A DNA stretch of 64,000 nt from a bacterium (GCA_963674595.2 CAXXFV010000008.1:1-64000); one strand, 5' to 3'; positions 43,212 through 52,921 are shown, counted from the first letter of the stretch. Notes: generated by a model from the sequence alone, not told the origin. A program made the numbers and translations.

Positions 43212-43673
43212 ATGAAGAACTTGATCTGTATTGTTGTTATGCTGATTTTGGCGGGCGCTGTTGTCTATTTGTATCTTCAGAATCAAAAACTGGTTTGTGA
43301 GTCGAAAAAGTCTGTTAATCTAAAACAAATCGTTATGACCGTTGATCTTAAAGATGATCCGAAAATAATTGACGAATACAAAACCCATCACAGTCCACAG
43401 GGTGTATGGCCGGAAGTCACCAATGCGGCGCAAGTCAGTGGATATGAAAGCATTCAGATTTATAATTTTGACAACCGGTTGGTTATGGTGCTTCGGTATC
43501 CTGAAAATGCGGACAAGGCTAAAATAGACAGTCTTTATGCGAGTTCGAGCGAAAAAATGTCGGAATGGGCAACGATTATGAACTGTTATATGAGTACGAT
43601 CAAAGGCGCACCTGAAGGTTCTCTGTGGGTAGCGATGCAGCCGATTTATAATTATGAACGGGAACATAAATAA
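43212..43673 (+). CDS. L-rhamnose mutarotase-like protein with N-terminal anchor
   Basis: 'DLKDDP..IDEYK.HH...VWPEV', 'IY...RLVM'. Confidence 0.75.
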   Translation: MKNLICIVVMLILAGAVVYLYLQNQKLVCESKKSVNLKQIVMTVDLKDDPKIIDEYKTHHSPQGVWPEVTNAAQVSGYESIQIYNFDNRLVMVLRYPENADKAKIDSLYASSSEKMSEWATIMNCYMSTIKGAPEGSLWVAMQPIYNYEREHK

Positions 43674-43697
43674 AATTTGAATAATTTTGGCAGCAGT

Positions 43698-44240
43698 ATG
43701 AGATTTTTTTTATCATTTATTATCGTCCTATTGGTTCAGACTGTTTCAATTGGCGATGAAGCTAACCGTGACAAACCAGTAAAAGCAGTCGAATCCGTAC
43801 AGCTTGAAAACTATATCGGACTATGGTGTGAAATTGCCAAAATTCCCAACCGGTTTCAAAAAAGTTGTTATAAAAACACAACCGCTTTTTATGAGTTAAG
43901 AAAAGACGGCAGGATAAATGTTATCAACTCTTGCGTTAAAAAGGATGGATCAGTGATTCAGGCAAAGGGAATTGCCCGGATTGCAGATCCATCCAATGCC
44001 AAACTTAAAGTCAGTTTTGTTAGATTTTTGGGGTTTTCGTTATTTTGGGGCGATTACTGGATTATCGGCCTTGATGAGGATTATCGTTATGCGGTGGTTG
44101 GTGTGCCGTCCCGAAAATACGGATGGATTTTATCCAGAACGCCGGTACTTGAGGATGAGGACCTTTTACATATAAATAATTTGTTGATCAACCAGGGGTA
44201 CAATCCGGATGATTTTATAAAAACGCGACATATTCAATAA
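43698..44240 (+). CDS. blc: Bacterial lipocalin (Blc family)
   Basis: 'Y.GLW.EIAK', 'KLKVSF', 'GDYWII.LD.DY', 'WILSR'. Confidence 0.85.
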   Translation: MRFFLSFIIVLLVQTVSIGDEANRDKPVKAVESVQLENYIGLWCEIAKIPNRFQKSCYKNTTAFYELRKDGRINVINSCVKKDGSVIQAKGIARIADPSNAKLKVSFVRFLGFSLFWGDYWIIGLDEDYRYAVVGVPSRKYGWILSRTPVLEDEDLLHINNLLINQGYNPDDFIKTRHIQ

Positions 44241-44272
44241 ATTTTGAATATTGAAAAAAAAAGTTCTTGATT

Positions 44273-44292
44273 ATAAATGAATAATCATTTAT
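44273..44292. promoter_or_regulatory. TetR operator 1 overlapping promoter
   Basis: ATAAATGA-ATAA-TCATTTAT palindrome inside TTGATT-17-TATTTT. Confidence 0.75.
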
Positions 44293-44300
44293 TTTTGAGT

Positions 44301-44873
44301 ATGAGATTAAGAGATGAAAATAAAATGGAAGCTGTTTTTAAGGCTTCCATTAAAACGATCAATGAAATTGGATTTGTTGCCAGTTCCGTGGCAAAAATTG
44401 CCAAAGAAGCCAGGGTGTCTCCGGCCACGATTTATATCTATTACAAGTGCAAAGAAGATTTGCTGGTTTCAATTTACACAACCCTCAAAAAAAAGTTGAG
44501 TCAGGCCATGCTGGTTGGTTTTGATCCGAATATGGCCATCAAAAAAGTATTACGAAAAGTATGGTTCAATGCCTTTGATTTTTTTGAAAAACATCCTGAT
44601 TATTTTATGTTTATGGAGCAGTTTTCCAATTCACCCTATATCGATAAAGTGGACCATGATGAACTGGAACAAAATTTTCAGCAGATCATTCAAATAATGC
44701 AAAGGGGAATCGATCAGGAGATTATTAAAGATGTTCCATTTGAATTGTTGATGACCTTTGCTTTTTATCCTGTTTTAACACTTTCAAATACGCGATTGTG
44801 TAAGGAGATACAATTAACAGATGAAAATAAAAGTCTGGCTTTTGATTTGGCATGGGACGCCATAAAATGTTAA
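44301..44873 (+). CDS. TetR/AcrR family regulator
   Basis: 'GF..SSVAKIAKEA.VSPATIY.YY..KEDL'. Confidence 0.9.
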   Translation: MRLRDENKMEAVFKASIKTINEIGFVASSVAKIAKEARVSPATIYIYYKCKEDLLVSIYTTLKKKLSQAMLVGFDPNMAIKKVLRKVWFNAFDFFEKHPDYFMFMEQFSNSPYIDKVDHDELEQNFQQIIQIMQRGIDQEIIKDVPFELLMTFAFYPVLTLSNTRLCKEIQLTDENKSLAFDLAWDAIKC

Positions 44874-44893
44874 AAAAAATTTACCCTTTTAAC

Positions 44894-44911
44894 TAAATGA
44901 ATGTTCATTTA
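44894..44911. promoter_or_regulatory. TetR operator 2
   Basis: Perfect palindrome TAAATGAA-TG-TTCATTTA matching operator 1. Confidence 0.78.
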
Positions 44912-44924
44912 ATGAGGCATTGTT

Positions 44925-46031
44925 TTGAAAAAAATATTCATACTTATTACCGCTGTTTTTTTATTGATTGGAGTTTTATTTATGACGGTTCAGCATAACA
45001 TCTCTTCTGCTACCTATAGCAAAGATGATGAAAAATATATCAAAATCACTAAATCATCACATTATAAAGAGGGTCGTTTTTATAATGCTGTTAAAAGTGA
45101 TGATGAATCATTTGGAAATTTTTTAGGGGTTTTAAAAGAATGGATAAAAGATAAGGGCCAAAAATCGCCAAAACAGCCCTTGCCATATCGCCAAGTTGAT
45201 TTGAAGAGAATAAATTCGGCAGGGGACAATGAGTTGCTGGTGACATGGATGGGGCATTCGACTCTTTTAATCAATATCGGTGGCTACAAGATTTTAACAG
45301 ATCCGGTATTTGCAGAAAAAGTGACTTTTGTCGGCCCAAAACGTTTTAATAAAGAGATGCCGGTATCAATTCCTGAACTACCCGATATTGATGTGGTGAT
45401 TGTTTCTCATAACCATTACGACCACCTGAACGTTGAATCGATCCGGGCGTTAAAAGATAAAACGAAACAGTTTCTTGTGCCGTTGGGTGTTGGTGCGGAA
45501 CTGGAAAAGTGTGGTGTTGAACGAACAAAAATTATTGAAATGGACTGGTGGGATGAAACAAAACTTTTTGGTGACTTGACTATTGCCGCAACACCGGCGC
45601 AGCATTTTTCTTCCCGCAGTATGTTTGATCGTGACAAAACTTTATGGGCTTCGTGGGTCATTCATACGCCTCAGCACCGTGTGTTTTTCAGTGGTGATTC
45701 CGGATATTTTGATGATTTTAAAAAAATCGGCGAGATATACGGTCCCTTTGACATGACATTCATGGAATGCGGCGCCTATAACAAACGCTGGCACCATATT
45801 CACATGTTTCCGGAAGAGACGTTACGGGCCCATTTGGATGTCCGTGGGAATGTGCTGTTACCGGTTCATTGGGGTGCTTATAAACTGGCCCTGCATGACT
45901 GGTATGAACCTGTCAACAGATTGACAACAGCAGCAAAAGTTAAAGATGTAATTGTCGCCACACCGTTGATTGGCGAAACAATTACATTCCCGGATATCCC
46001 TACAAAATTTTGGTGGAATGAAATTTTATAG
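44925..46031 (+). CDS. MBL-fold hydrolase (RomA/NAPE-PLD-like)
   Basis: WMGHST, TDPVF, SHNHYDH, PAQHFS.R, GDSGY, PVHWG. Confidence 0.88.
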   Translation: MKKIFILITAVFLLIGVLFMTVQHNISSATYSKDDEKYIKITKSSHYKEGRFYNAVKSDDESFGNFLGVLKEWIKDKGQKSPKQPLPYRQVDLKRINSAGDNELLVTWMGHSTLLINIGGYKILTDPVFAEKVTFVGPKRFNKEMPVSIPELPDIDVVIVSHNHYDHLNVESIRALKDKTKQFLVPLGVGAELEKCGVERTKIIEMDWWDETKLFGDLTIAATPAQHFSSRSMFDRDKTLWASWVIHTPQHRVFFSGDSGYFDDFKKIGEIYGPFDMTFMECGAYNKRWHHIHMFPEETLRAHLDVRGNVLLPVHWGAYKLALHDWYEPVNRLTTAAKVKDVIVATPLIGETITFPDIPTKFWWNEIL

Positions 46032-46053
46032 ACGAATTTAAAACGGAGTAATT

Positions 46054-46956
46054 ATGAAAAAATGGAAAAGCTCAGATATAGGTGATCAAAATGGAAAAAT
46101 TGTAATAGTAACCGGTGCTAACAGTGGAATCGGGTTTGAGACGGCCCGCTGTTTGGCCTTGAATAATGCTGAGGTCATTATGGCATGCCGAAATGCGGAA
46201 AAGTGCAACCTTGCTGCCAAAGCGATCAAAGAAGAATACCCACAAGCCAAACTGTGTGTGATGCCTTTGGATTTGTCTGATCTGGCTTCCGTGAAACGAT
46301 TTGCACAACTGTTTCAGGAAAAGTATGATCAGTTACATATTTTAATAAACAATGCCGGTGTTATGGTACCGCCATATTCCAAAACCAAAGATGGATTTGA
46401 ACTTCAATTCGGTGTTAATCATCTCGGTCATTTTGCTTTAACAGCACAGTTGTTTCAGACGATTTCAAAAACAAAATCCTCAAGAATTGTCAATGTTTCC
46501 AGTATGGCCCATAAAAACGGTGGAATCAATTTTGATGATTTGCACTGGCAAACCAGAAAGTACAATGCCTGGAAGGCCTACGGTGACAGCAAAATTTCCA
46601 ATCTTTATTTTACCTATGAACTGGCACGAAAAATAAATCAATCCGGAACTGATGTGCTTTCGGTAGCCGCGCATCCGGGCTGGACGGCCACCAATTTACA
46701 AAGAAATTCAACTTTTTTTAACTTTTTAAATCCCTATTTTGCACAGAATATCCCACAGGGTGCTTTGCCGACATTGTATGCTGCAACTGTAGATAATGTA
46801 GAAAACGGTGATTTTTACGGGCCGGATGGTTTTATGGAAATGAAGGGACATCCCAAAAAGACAAAATCAAATAGATTATCTCAGGATAAAAATATTGCCA
46901 ATCGTCTATGGAAAGTTTCCGAAGAGTTGACGAATATATCTTTTAAAACAGCTTAG
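46054..46956 (+). CDS. Short-chain dehydrogenase/reductase
   Basis: TGANSGIG, NNAG, NHLGHF, YGDSK, AHPG. Confidence 0.9.
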   Translation: MKKWKSSDIGDQNGKIVIVTGANSGIGFETARCLALNNAEVIMACRNAEKCNLAAKAIKEEYPQAKLCVMPLDLSDLASVKRFAQLFQEKYDQLHILINNAGVMVPPYSKTKDGFELQFGVNHLGHFALTAQLFQTISKTKSSRIVNVSSMAHKNGGINFDDLHWQTRKYNAWKAYGDSKISNLYFTYELARKINQSGTDVLSVAAHPGWTATNLQRNSTFFNFLNPYFAQNIPQGALPTLYAATVDNVENGDFYGPDGFMEMKGHPKKTKSNRLSQDKNIANRLWKVSEELTNISFKTA

Positions 46957-46982
46957 AGGTGGCTGTTTCTTTATGGTGGGGA

Positions 46983-47016
46983 GTCCGGGTAATTTAAGAA
47001 TTACCCGGGCTTTTTT
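46983..47016 (+). terminator. Intrinsic terminator
   Basis: GTCCGGGTAATT-TAAG-AATTACCCGGGC followed by T6, between convergent genes. Confidence 0.82.
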
Positions 47017-47043
47017 ATGTAAACATTTTTATAAATTCGGATT

Positions 47044-48132
47044 TTATTTGCTAAAACCTTTGTATTTAAACTCCTGCATGTCTTTCATGGCGCGTTTATA
47101 AAATTTACCCTGTGATTTGTCCTTTTTGCGTTTTTCCTCGTAACTCATTTCATAATGTTCATTTTCTTTTTTTAGCTTGAGATAGTTTTTATAATACCGC
47201 CTGGATATTTTTTCTTCTTTAACAGCTTCAATAACCGCGCATCCCGGTTCCGACGTATGGCTGCAGTCTTTAAATTTGCATTGGCGGGCATAATAGGCAA
47301 TTTCCGAAAATGTTAAATCAAGACCTTCTTTAACATCAAAATTACCCAGTTCACGCATTCCCGGTGTGTCGATAATCATACCGTGTTTTTCGGTCAATAT
47401 TAAGTGACGCCGGGTTGTGGTGTGTTTTCCTTTTCCGTCATCCAACCGCACTTCAGTCGTTTTATAAAAATCTCCGCCAAGGATACGGTTCAGCAGTGTT
47501 GTTTTGCCCACACCGGATGATCCGATGAAACAATAGGTTTTTTGCGGAAGCAACTGGGCCAAAACCTGGTCCATTCCCTGACCGGTCTGTGCGCTGTAAT
47601 ACAATATGGGAATGTTTCTAATATCAGACTTTATTTGTTCCAGTTTTTCGTTTATTTCGTTTTCTGAAAACAAATCACTTTTACTGAGTAAAATGAAGGG
47701 TTTTATACCTGCGTTTTTTATCATTACCAGGTAACGTTCGAGACGGTTTGTATTTAAATCATAATCCAATGACTGAATAATAAAAGCTGTGTCTATATTC
47801 GTCCCGATAATTTGATAGTCAACGTTATTTCCTGCTGTTTTTCTTTTAAGGCTATTCTTCCTGGGTAATAAATACTGTATAATGGCCAGGGTTTCATCGT
47901 CATACAATGATGCAAGCACCCAATCGCCGACAGCCGGAAAATCTTCTCGTTTTGTGTTTTCAAACATCATTCGTCCTATTACCTGGGCCTCAACTTCTGC
48001 CGTTTGGGTACGAATGAGATATCGCTCTTTATCTTCTGATATAACGCGAGCAATTACAAATCCCTGATTTATTTGTTCATGTTTAAAAAATGAAGGATCA
48101 AAACCAAGGGTTTCCAATGATGTTTTTGTCAT
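47044..48132 (-). CDS. rsgA: Ribosome small subunit-dependent GTPase A
   Basis: PAVGDWV, RLERYL, SKSD, GSSGVGKT, GKHTTT, DTPGMRE, CKF.DC.H..EPGC. Confidence 0.93.
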   Translation of the reverse strand: MTKTSLETLGFDPSFFKHEQINQGFVIARVISEDKERYLIRTQTAEVEAQVIGRMMFENTKREDFPAVGDWVLASLYDDETLAIIQYLLPRKNSLKRKTAGNNVDYQIIGTNIDTAFIIQSLDYDLNTNRLERYLVMIKNAGIKPFILLSKSDLFSENEINEKLEQIKSDIRNIPILYYSAQTGQGMDQVLAQLLPQKTYCFIGSSGVGKTTLLNRILGGDFYKTTEVRLDDGKGKHTTTRRHLILTEKHGMIIDTPGMRELGNFDVKEGLDLTFSEIAYYARQCKFKDCSHTSEPGCAVIEAVKEEKISRRYYKNYLKLKKENEHYEMSYEEKRKKDKSQGKFYKRAMKDMQEFKYKGFSK

Positions 48133-48428
48133 GATTATTCTCGTGTTTCTATTCAATATCTATGGGGAAGACATTTAAAAAACAACCCGTGGAGGGATAA
48201 AAAGTGTTGTTATATGGTTGGAACATGATTTGTTGTTATTTTTCGGATAATTTCCAAGTTACGTTTTAATTTGGTTGCAAAGGAACATGGATCAAAAGTT
48301 CGCCATGCAATGTCGTTTACATTTTGTTGTTTTAATAGAGTTTAGGCGTTTATTAATTTACAATATTACTTGAGTACAAAAGTTATTTTCTTGAATAACT
48401 ATTTCGAATTTAAATTGGTTAATGACGG

Positions 48429-48459
48429 CAAATGTACGAATTTTTTTTTTAAATGCAAA
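48429..48459 (-). promoter_or_regulatory. Promoter for rsgA matching the Bacteroidota -33/-7 consensus
   Basis: TTTG-19 bp-TACATTTG on minus strand; also readable as TTGCAT-16-TACATT. Confidence 0.5.
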
Positions 48460-48503
48460 TAATTTGAATTTAAAAGTGTAATTATATGAGATAACATGTT
48501 TTC

Positions 48504-50066
48504 CTATGCTGATTTGTTAAAATGAACATTTAACCGATTAAATGCAAACAAGGCCAATACCAGAAAGAAAGCGTAAAAGATACTGATTTTTGCTGGCCAA
48601 ATTGAAAGAGCGCCGATAAAAGCCGTTATTGTCATCAGGTCAACCATTCGATTTGATAGCTGTCTTGATGATATCCGTTGTTTGTTTTCGGATTTTATTG
48701 TTTGATATTTTTTTAAAACAGTTGTGATTATTAAAATAATTGCCACCGGTGCGAACAGGATAATACGCGCTGCCGGCCAGGCGTATTGGTCTACGGCTTT
48801 TGCGTCATAAAGTCCAAAAACAATACCGGCCCGTTCTGAACCGCCGTGAAACAGCAAAAATACCAGTAAAAAGGCGCTGTAGATCAGTGAAATTTTCCAA
48901 CGCTGCTCTTTTGATTTATTAGCGTCCAACGAGTTTTGTATTGGCGGACCCGTCACTAATATTGCAATAAAATAAAAAGCAGATAAAAAGATGACGGTCC
49001 AAATAAAGTATTCAAATCCGGCAAAAAAGATAAATACCGCACCCGCCAGCGCTGGGAAAATTGTCTCCAGCCATGATGTGTTGCTGATTATATGATCCGG
49101 TGGTGATTGTTTGGCCTTTTTTTGATCCTGCTCTTTGTCTGTTTGCCGGACCGCCCACAGCCATGCAATGGTGTATAACAGTCCCAGGTTAAATCCGGCG
49201 TTTAACTCCCACATTTTCCACCAGTCGATAAATTGGGGAGCCGTGCTGTAACCAAGGCACCATGTTGTGCTTTGCATAAATCCGATGCCGAAACCGAGTC
49301 CCAACAGCAAGCCCACGAACAATGTTTTTTGGTCTTTTTGCAAAACGGCCGTAACCAATGCCGCCAGCCACCACAATACCACGCAAAAATTTTGTGTGTT
49401 TGTATAAACCGTGCGACTGAGGTGTTTGCCAAGTTCGCCGGAATAAAGCCCCAAATCCGCATGGGGAAAGAGGAGTCCCGGACAGTATCGGGCACATTGT
49501 GTTCCCAGCCATTCAACAAAGGGCCAGGCAAACAGAAACACCAGTAACACAGCGACCAACAACGAACGGATTATCCAGTATCCTTTTGGTACTTTATCGC
49601 CCAGTACCCAGCCCAGGATAATAGCGCCGGGTGCGGCCCAACCGATGCCGCAGTAAAACAGCCATAAATAACCGTATGCCGGATTAATGCTCAAGATATC
49701 ATTGCCTGCGTAAAACATGCCCCGAATCCAGGACACATACTGACCATAGCCCAATTCACCGCCAAGGGCAAGACCCAGTCCCAGCCACAGAACAATGCCC
49801 CGTGCGTCAATGCCTTTACGATAACACAGGTAATACCAGATCATGCCCCAGGTCAGTCCCGGAACTATGGTGCCGTCAACGCCACCCCAGCCGGCCGTAC
49901 CGCGAATGGCCCAGGTAATGGCACCCATACTGCCGAATAATAAAATAGACAAGAGTGTTTCCCGCCAATCCAGTGAGTTCCCCTGATTTTTCATATTTCG
50001 GTATTCAAAATATCTTTTTTCATCCAAAACAGTCATCATAACAGGGCCTTTCTTTGGGTTGTTCAA
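48504..50066 (-). CDS. Polytopic membrane protein of unknown function (start may be 49994)
   Basis: Long ORF, Gly/Trp-rich TM segments ('WAIRG..G.GG..G', 'DWWKMWE'). Confidence 0.7.
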   Translation of the reverse strand: MNNPKKGPVMMTVLDEKRYFEYRNMKNQGNSLDWRETLLSILLFGSMGAITWAIRGTAGWGGVDGTIVPGLTWGMIWYYLCYRKGIDARGIVLWLGLGLALGGELGYGQYVSWIRGMFYAGNDILSINPAYGYLWLFYCGIGWAAPGAIILGWVLGDKVPKGYWIIRSLLVAVLLVFLFAWPFVEWLGTQCARYCPGLLFPHADLGLYSGELGKHLSRTVYTNTQNFCVVLWWLAALVTAVLQKDQKTLFVGLLLGLGFGIGFMQSTTWCLGYSTAPQFIDWWKMWELNAGFNLGLLYTIAWLWAVRQTDKEQDQKKAKQSPPDHIISNTSWLETIFPALAGAVFIFFAGFEYFIWTVIFLSAFYFIAILVTGPPIQNSLDANKSKEQRWKISLIYSAFLLVFLLFHGGSERAGIVFGLYDAKAVDQYAWPAARIILFAPVAIILIITTVLKKYQTIKSENKQRISSRQLSNRMVDLMTITAFIGALSIWPAKISIFYAFFLVLALFAFNRLNVHFNKSA

Positions 50067-50115
50067 GGCTGTGGGAGGGGTTTTTATGATGGTTTAGAAT
50101 AACACATTGATTTTA

Positions 50116-51120
50116 TTATAAATTTTTGTCCAAAAACCATAAAAGTGCAGGGAGGTCAATGACATGTCCTTCCCCATGCACATCCAGCATCAGGTTTTCA
50201 GGACGGTTATAGTCCCAGTAAATTGTTTGGATTTCTCTTAATGCTTCCCGTGCAATAGGAACATAAAACTGTGATAGGGGTTCTTTTTGCCCGTTTTGGC
50301 ACTGCAACGGACGGGGAGCGATTAATGAATAAATATCAGCAAAATCCACCAAATGACGCAAACCGGGAAACTTCCAGCACATGCAATGGTTTTGTTCCAG
50401 GTGGCCCATTTTGGTAAGGAATCCCGCACTCACAGTGGTTTGAATTCTGGTGTCCATTGCTCCGAGCCACATGGCCATTTCACCGCCGAGTGACAATCCG
50501 GCGCAGCCTATGCGGTTTTTCTCCACCATGTCGAGTGATTCCAGATAATCCACACAACGTATCAGGTCCCACAGACGTTCTCCCATCAGCAGCATATTAT
50601 TTTCGTATACCTTATGTTGGCTTACAGTTGTAGTTATCGTCACATAACCGTTGCAAGCCAGTTCGTGCGCAAATCTTTTATAGGGAGATTCGTCATCATA
50701 TACACTGCCAAGTTTTCCGCCATGTCCGTGGATACAAACCACAGCCGGAAACACCTTGCCGCTTGCTTTGGGCACTGTTATGATGGTCCGGATTCGTCGC
50801 CTGGGAGTAGTGTTTATGTCAACCTGTTTTAATATATAGTCGCCTTTATCTTCAGAAAGTATCACCTTTGGATTCAGGGCTATGTCTCTTTTATCCGCAA
50901 GCAAGTCTTCAAGTTTTAATGATTTGAAAAGCTGATTCCGAACCTCTTCCTGCCAGACGATTGCCGATCCCATTGGACGGCTGATATACTGCATCACACG
51001 CAATGCATCCTCCTGCGCCGGTAAGCCGCTGATGAAACATAATAAAATTACAAATGACACCTGTATCGTTTTAATTTTATTAAAACAATTTGAATTGAGA
51101 AATTTTATAAAGTAGTTCAT
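50116..51120 (-). CDS. Alpha/beta hydrolase (dienelactone hydrolase/acetylxylan esterase-like)
   Basis: PAVVCIHGHG, RIGCAGLSLGG nucleophile elbow, LIAPRPL, C-terminal His. Confidence 0.82.
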   Translation of the reverse strand: MNYFIKFLNSNCFNKIKTIQVSFVILLCFISGLPAQEDALRVMQYISRPMGSAIVWQEEVRNQLFKSLKLEDLLADKRDIALNPKVILSEDKGDYILKQVDINTTPRRRIRTIITVPKASGKVFPAVVCIHGHGGKLGSVYDDESPYKRFAHELACNGYVTITTTVSQHKVYENNMLLMGERLWDLIRCVDYLESLDMVEKNRIGCAGLSLGGEMAMWLGAMDTRIQTTVSAGFLTKMGHLEQNHCMCWKFPGLRHLVDFADIYSLIAPRPLQCQNGQKEPLSQFYVPIAREALREIQTIYWDYNRPENLMLDVHGEGHVIDLPALLWFLDKNL

Positions 51121-51264
51121 GAGGATATCCAATTTTAAAATCAATGACTTGGTTGTCAGGGTGTGTCTACTGGAAGTTAAGATTTTAATTTCTTTATCAA
51201 ATGGTGTCGACTTGTAAGCAATCAAGTATTCATTATATCTAATAATAAATCCCGCGACTAGAAA

Positions 51265-51383
51265 TGGAACCTCAACCGATTGTGTTTCAGAGAATGTCGT
51301 AAACTCCCAACCGTGCTGAAAAACAATCTGTTATGGCTGATAAATGAATAATACAAATTATATAAAAATCGCGCAAGTTTTTT
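51265..51383 (-). repeat. ~120-bp promoter+hairpin element, copy 1
   Basis: Near-identical to 52922-53041; TTGCGC-17-TATTAT, then stem GATTGTTTTTCAG/CTGAAACACAATC. Confidence 0.9.
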
Positions 51384-51417
51384 AATGTAAAAATGAAATA
51401 TTTTTTTTAGTGTATTT

Positions 51418-52005
51418 TTACAACCGTGCATTTAAACAATCCGATTGCCAGTTTAACGGATTGTTTTCAATGTATTCGTAAATTCGATTGAAATCCTTTT
51501 GATCGCGTATGATGTGTTCATAATAATTTCGCTGCCATAATTTTTTTTCAAACGGTATCCAGGCCGATTGGTTTACCCCGTGGACGTATTCAAGGGTGGT
51601 GATGGATTTAAATGCCTGAACAATACGACCGATTGTATTCGGTAATGTCCCGTAGGGGCGATCCTTGTGATCGCCTGTACAAGATTCGGGGTGAATATGT
51701 GATTCCGGGTGAATACAAGATTCGGGGCGAATACAAGATTCGCCCCGACCGTGTATTGAAATGATGCCGTGGACATGGTTTGGCATGACGATAAATATTT
51801 CTGTATTTATGTGATTGAATCGTTTGGGCAATTGTTGCCAAATGTTTCGAACCATCATTCCTGAATCGTTCATAATCATTTTTTCATTAACAACGTTGCC
51901 CAACAAACATTTTTTGTTTTGGATGCAAATTGTTATAAAATACGCCCCTGGCTGAGAATAATCATATCCTTTTAATCTGATGGAATGCCGGTTCTTTGTA
52001 TTCAT
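51418..52005 (-). mobile_element. REP-associated tyrosine transposase (RAYT, IS200-like Y1 HUH nuclease)
   Basis: 'RHSIRLKGYDYSQPGAYFITIC', HUH 'MPNHVHGII', 'WQRNYYEHIIR', catalytic 'YIENNP'. Confidence 0.92.
51652..51749. repeat. In-frame REP palindromes and 4 x 18-bp tandem repeat inside RAYT
   Basis: GTAG-GGGCGATC..GATCGCC; units like TACAAGATTCGGGGYGAA; palindrome CGGGGCGAAT-ACAAG-ATTCGCCCCG. Confidence 0.85.
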
Positions 52006-52079
52006 TTTTTAATTCTCAATTATTATATCGTAGATGCAATTCTGTGTGATTTTCGTGCTGCATAGAAACATACCAAGTG

Positions 52080-52155
52080 CGGACACGGAGATGTGTCTTT
52101 AAAGGGCAGACATAGATATCTGCCTTTAGCGGGCAGACACAGGGTCTGCCCCTAC
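52080..52155 (-). repeat. Cluster of GTAG-type REP palindromes upstream of RAYT
   Basis: GTAG-GGGCAGAC-CCTGT-GTCTGCCC (52131-52155) plus two degenerate copies. Confidence 0.85.
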
Positions 52156-52241
52156 GAATTTTTTGGATTCTGATTTGAAACCAGGTTATCCAGGTGTAAC
52201 TGCCGTGTGTAACAGCCATATTCTTACACCATAATAATATT

Positions 52242-52256
52242 AAACCGAGAGTATTT
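52242..52256 (+). repeat. Left arm of perfect 15-bp inverted repeat
   Basis: AAACCGAGAGTATTT, reverse complement of 52765-52779. Confidence 0.85.
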
Positions 52257-52316
52257 AAAATATCCGTTCGTCAGATCACAAATAGCAATATGATTTGTGA
52301 ATATCAAATATGAACG

Positions 52317-52691
52317 CTATGGTTCCAAATTTGCGCTGGCGTAGGTATAACAACTTTTTGCGTCAATTTCTAATTTTATTCGATACGTACCACTGCTTAA
52401 TTCGATACCGCTTTCGCTTGTATGGGTATTCGTATCTTCAAGGTGAAGATATGCATAGGTCCCTCCGCCGCTTTTTTGGAGCCATGCCTGACTTGTTGTT
52501 CCGTTGGCACTACTTTTCCAGAGATTCATGGTGTATTCTTTTCCATCCGGGACCGTTTCCCAACTTGAATATACCGTCACACATTCATTATCTCCACTTC
52601 CATAAACCTCTATCAAGCTTTCAGCAACAACAATAGCAGCTACTAAAAGGACCGTAAGGACTAAAATAACACCTGTTTTTTTTATGCTCAT
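52317..52691 (-). CDS. Small secreted protein of unknown function
   Basis: RBS AAGGAG, signal peptide, beta-rich mature part with two Cys. Confidence 0.75.
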   Translation of the reverse strand: MSIKKTGVILVLTVLLVAAIVVAESLIEVYGSGDNECVTVYSSWETVPDGKEYTMNLWKSSANGTTSQAWLQKSGGGTYAYLHLEDTNTHTSESGIELSSGTYRIKLEIDAKSCYTYASANLEP

Positions 52692-52764
52692 TTTAATACT
52701 CCTTGGTTTAATTTGTACTAAATTTTAGCATTCCGCATCCCTTAACAATCGGTTTAATTATTAG

Positions 52765-52779
52765 AAATACTCTCGGTTT
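52765..52779 (-). repeat. Right arm of perfect 15-bp inverted repeat
   Basis: AAATACTCTCGGTTT. Confidence 0.85.
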
Positions 52780-52921
52780 TAACTGTTTAACATTTTTGGT
52801 TGTATCTTTTTCGACAAGCAGACATACCTCACCCTGTAAAACAATTTTGACAGTAAAATAACAGGAATTTGATTTTCGCCTCCACGTAATCTTTCCTTGT
52901 ATACTTGCCCATGTTTAAAAG

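Noticed and set aside
52016-52219. 67-aa ORF upstream of RAYT
   Set aside because: Translation through REP palindromes ('RGRPCVCP'), not a credible gene.
52825-52915. 27-codon ORF MGKYTRKDYVEAKIKFLLFYCQNCFTG downstream of element copy 2
   Set aside because: No clear RBS and no equivalent after the other copies.
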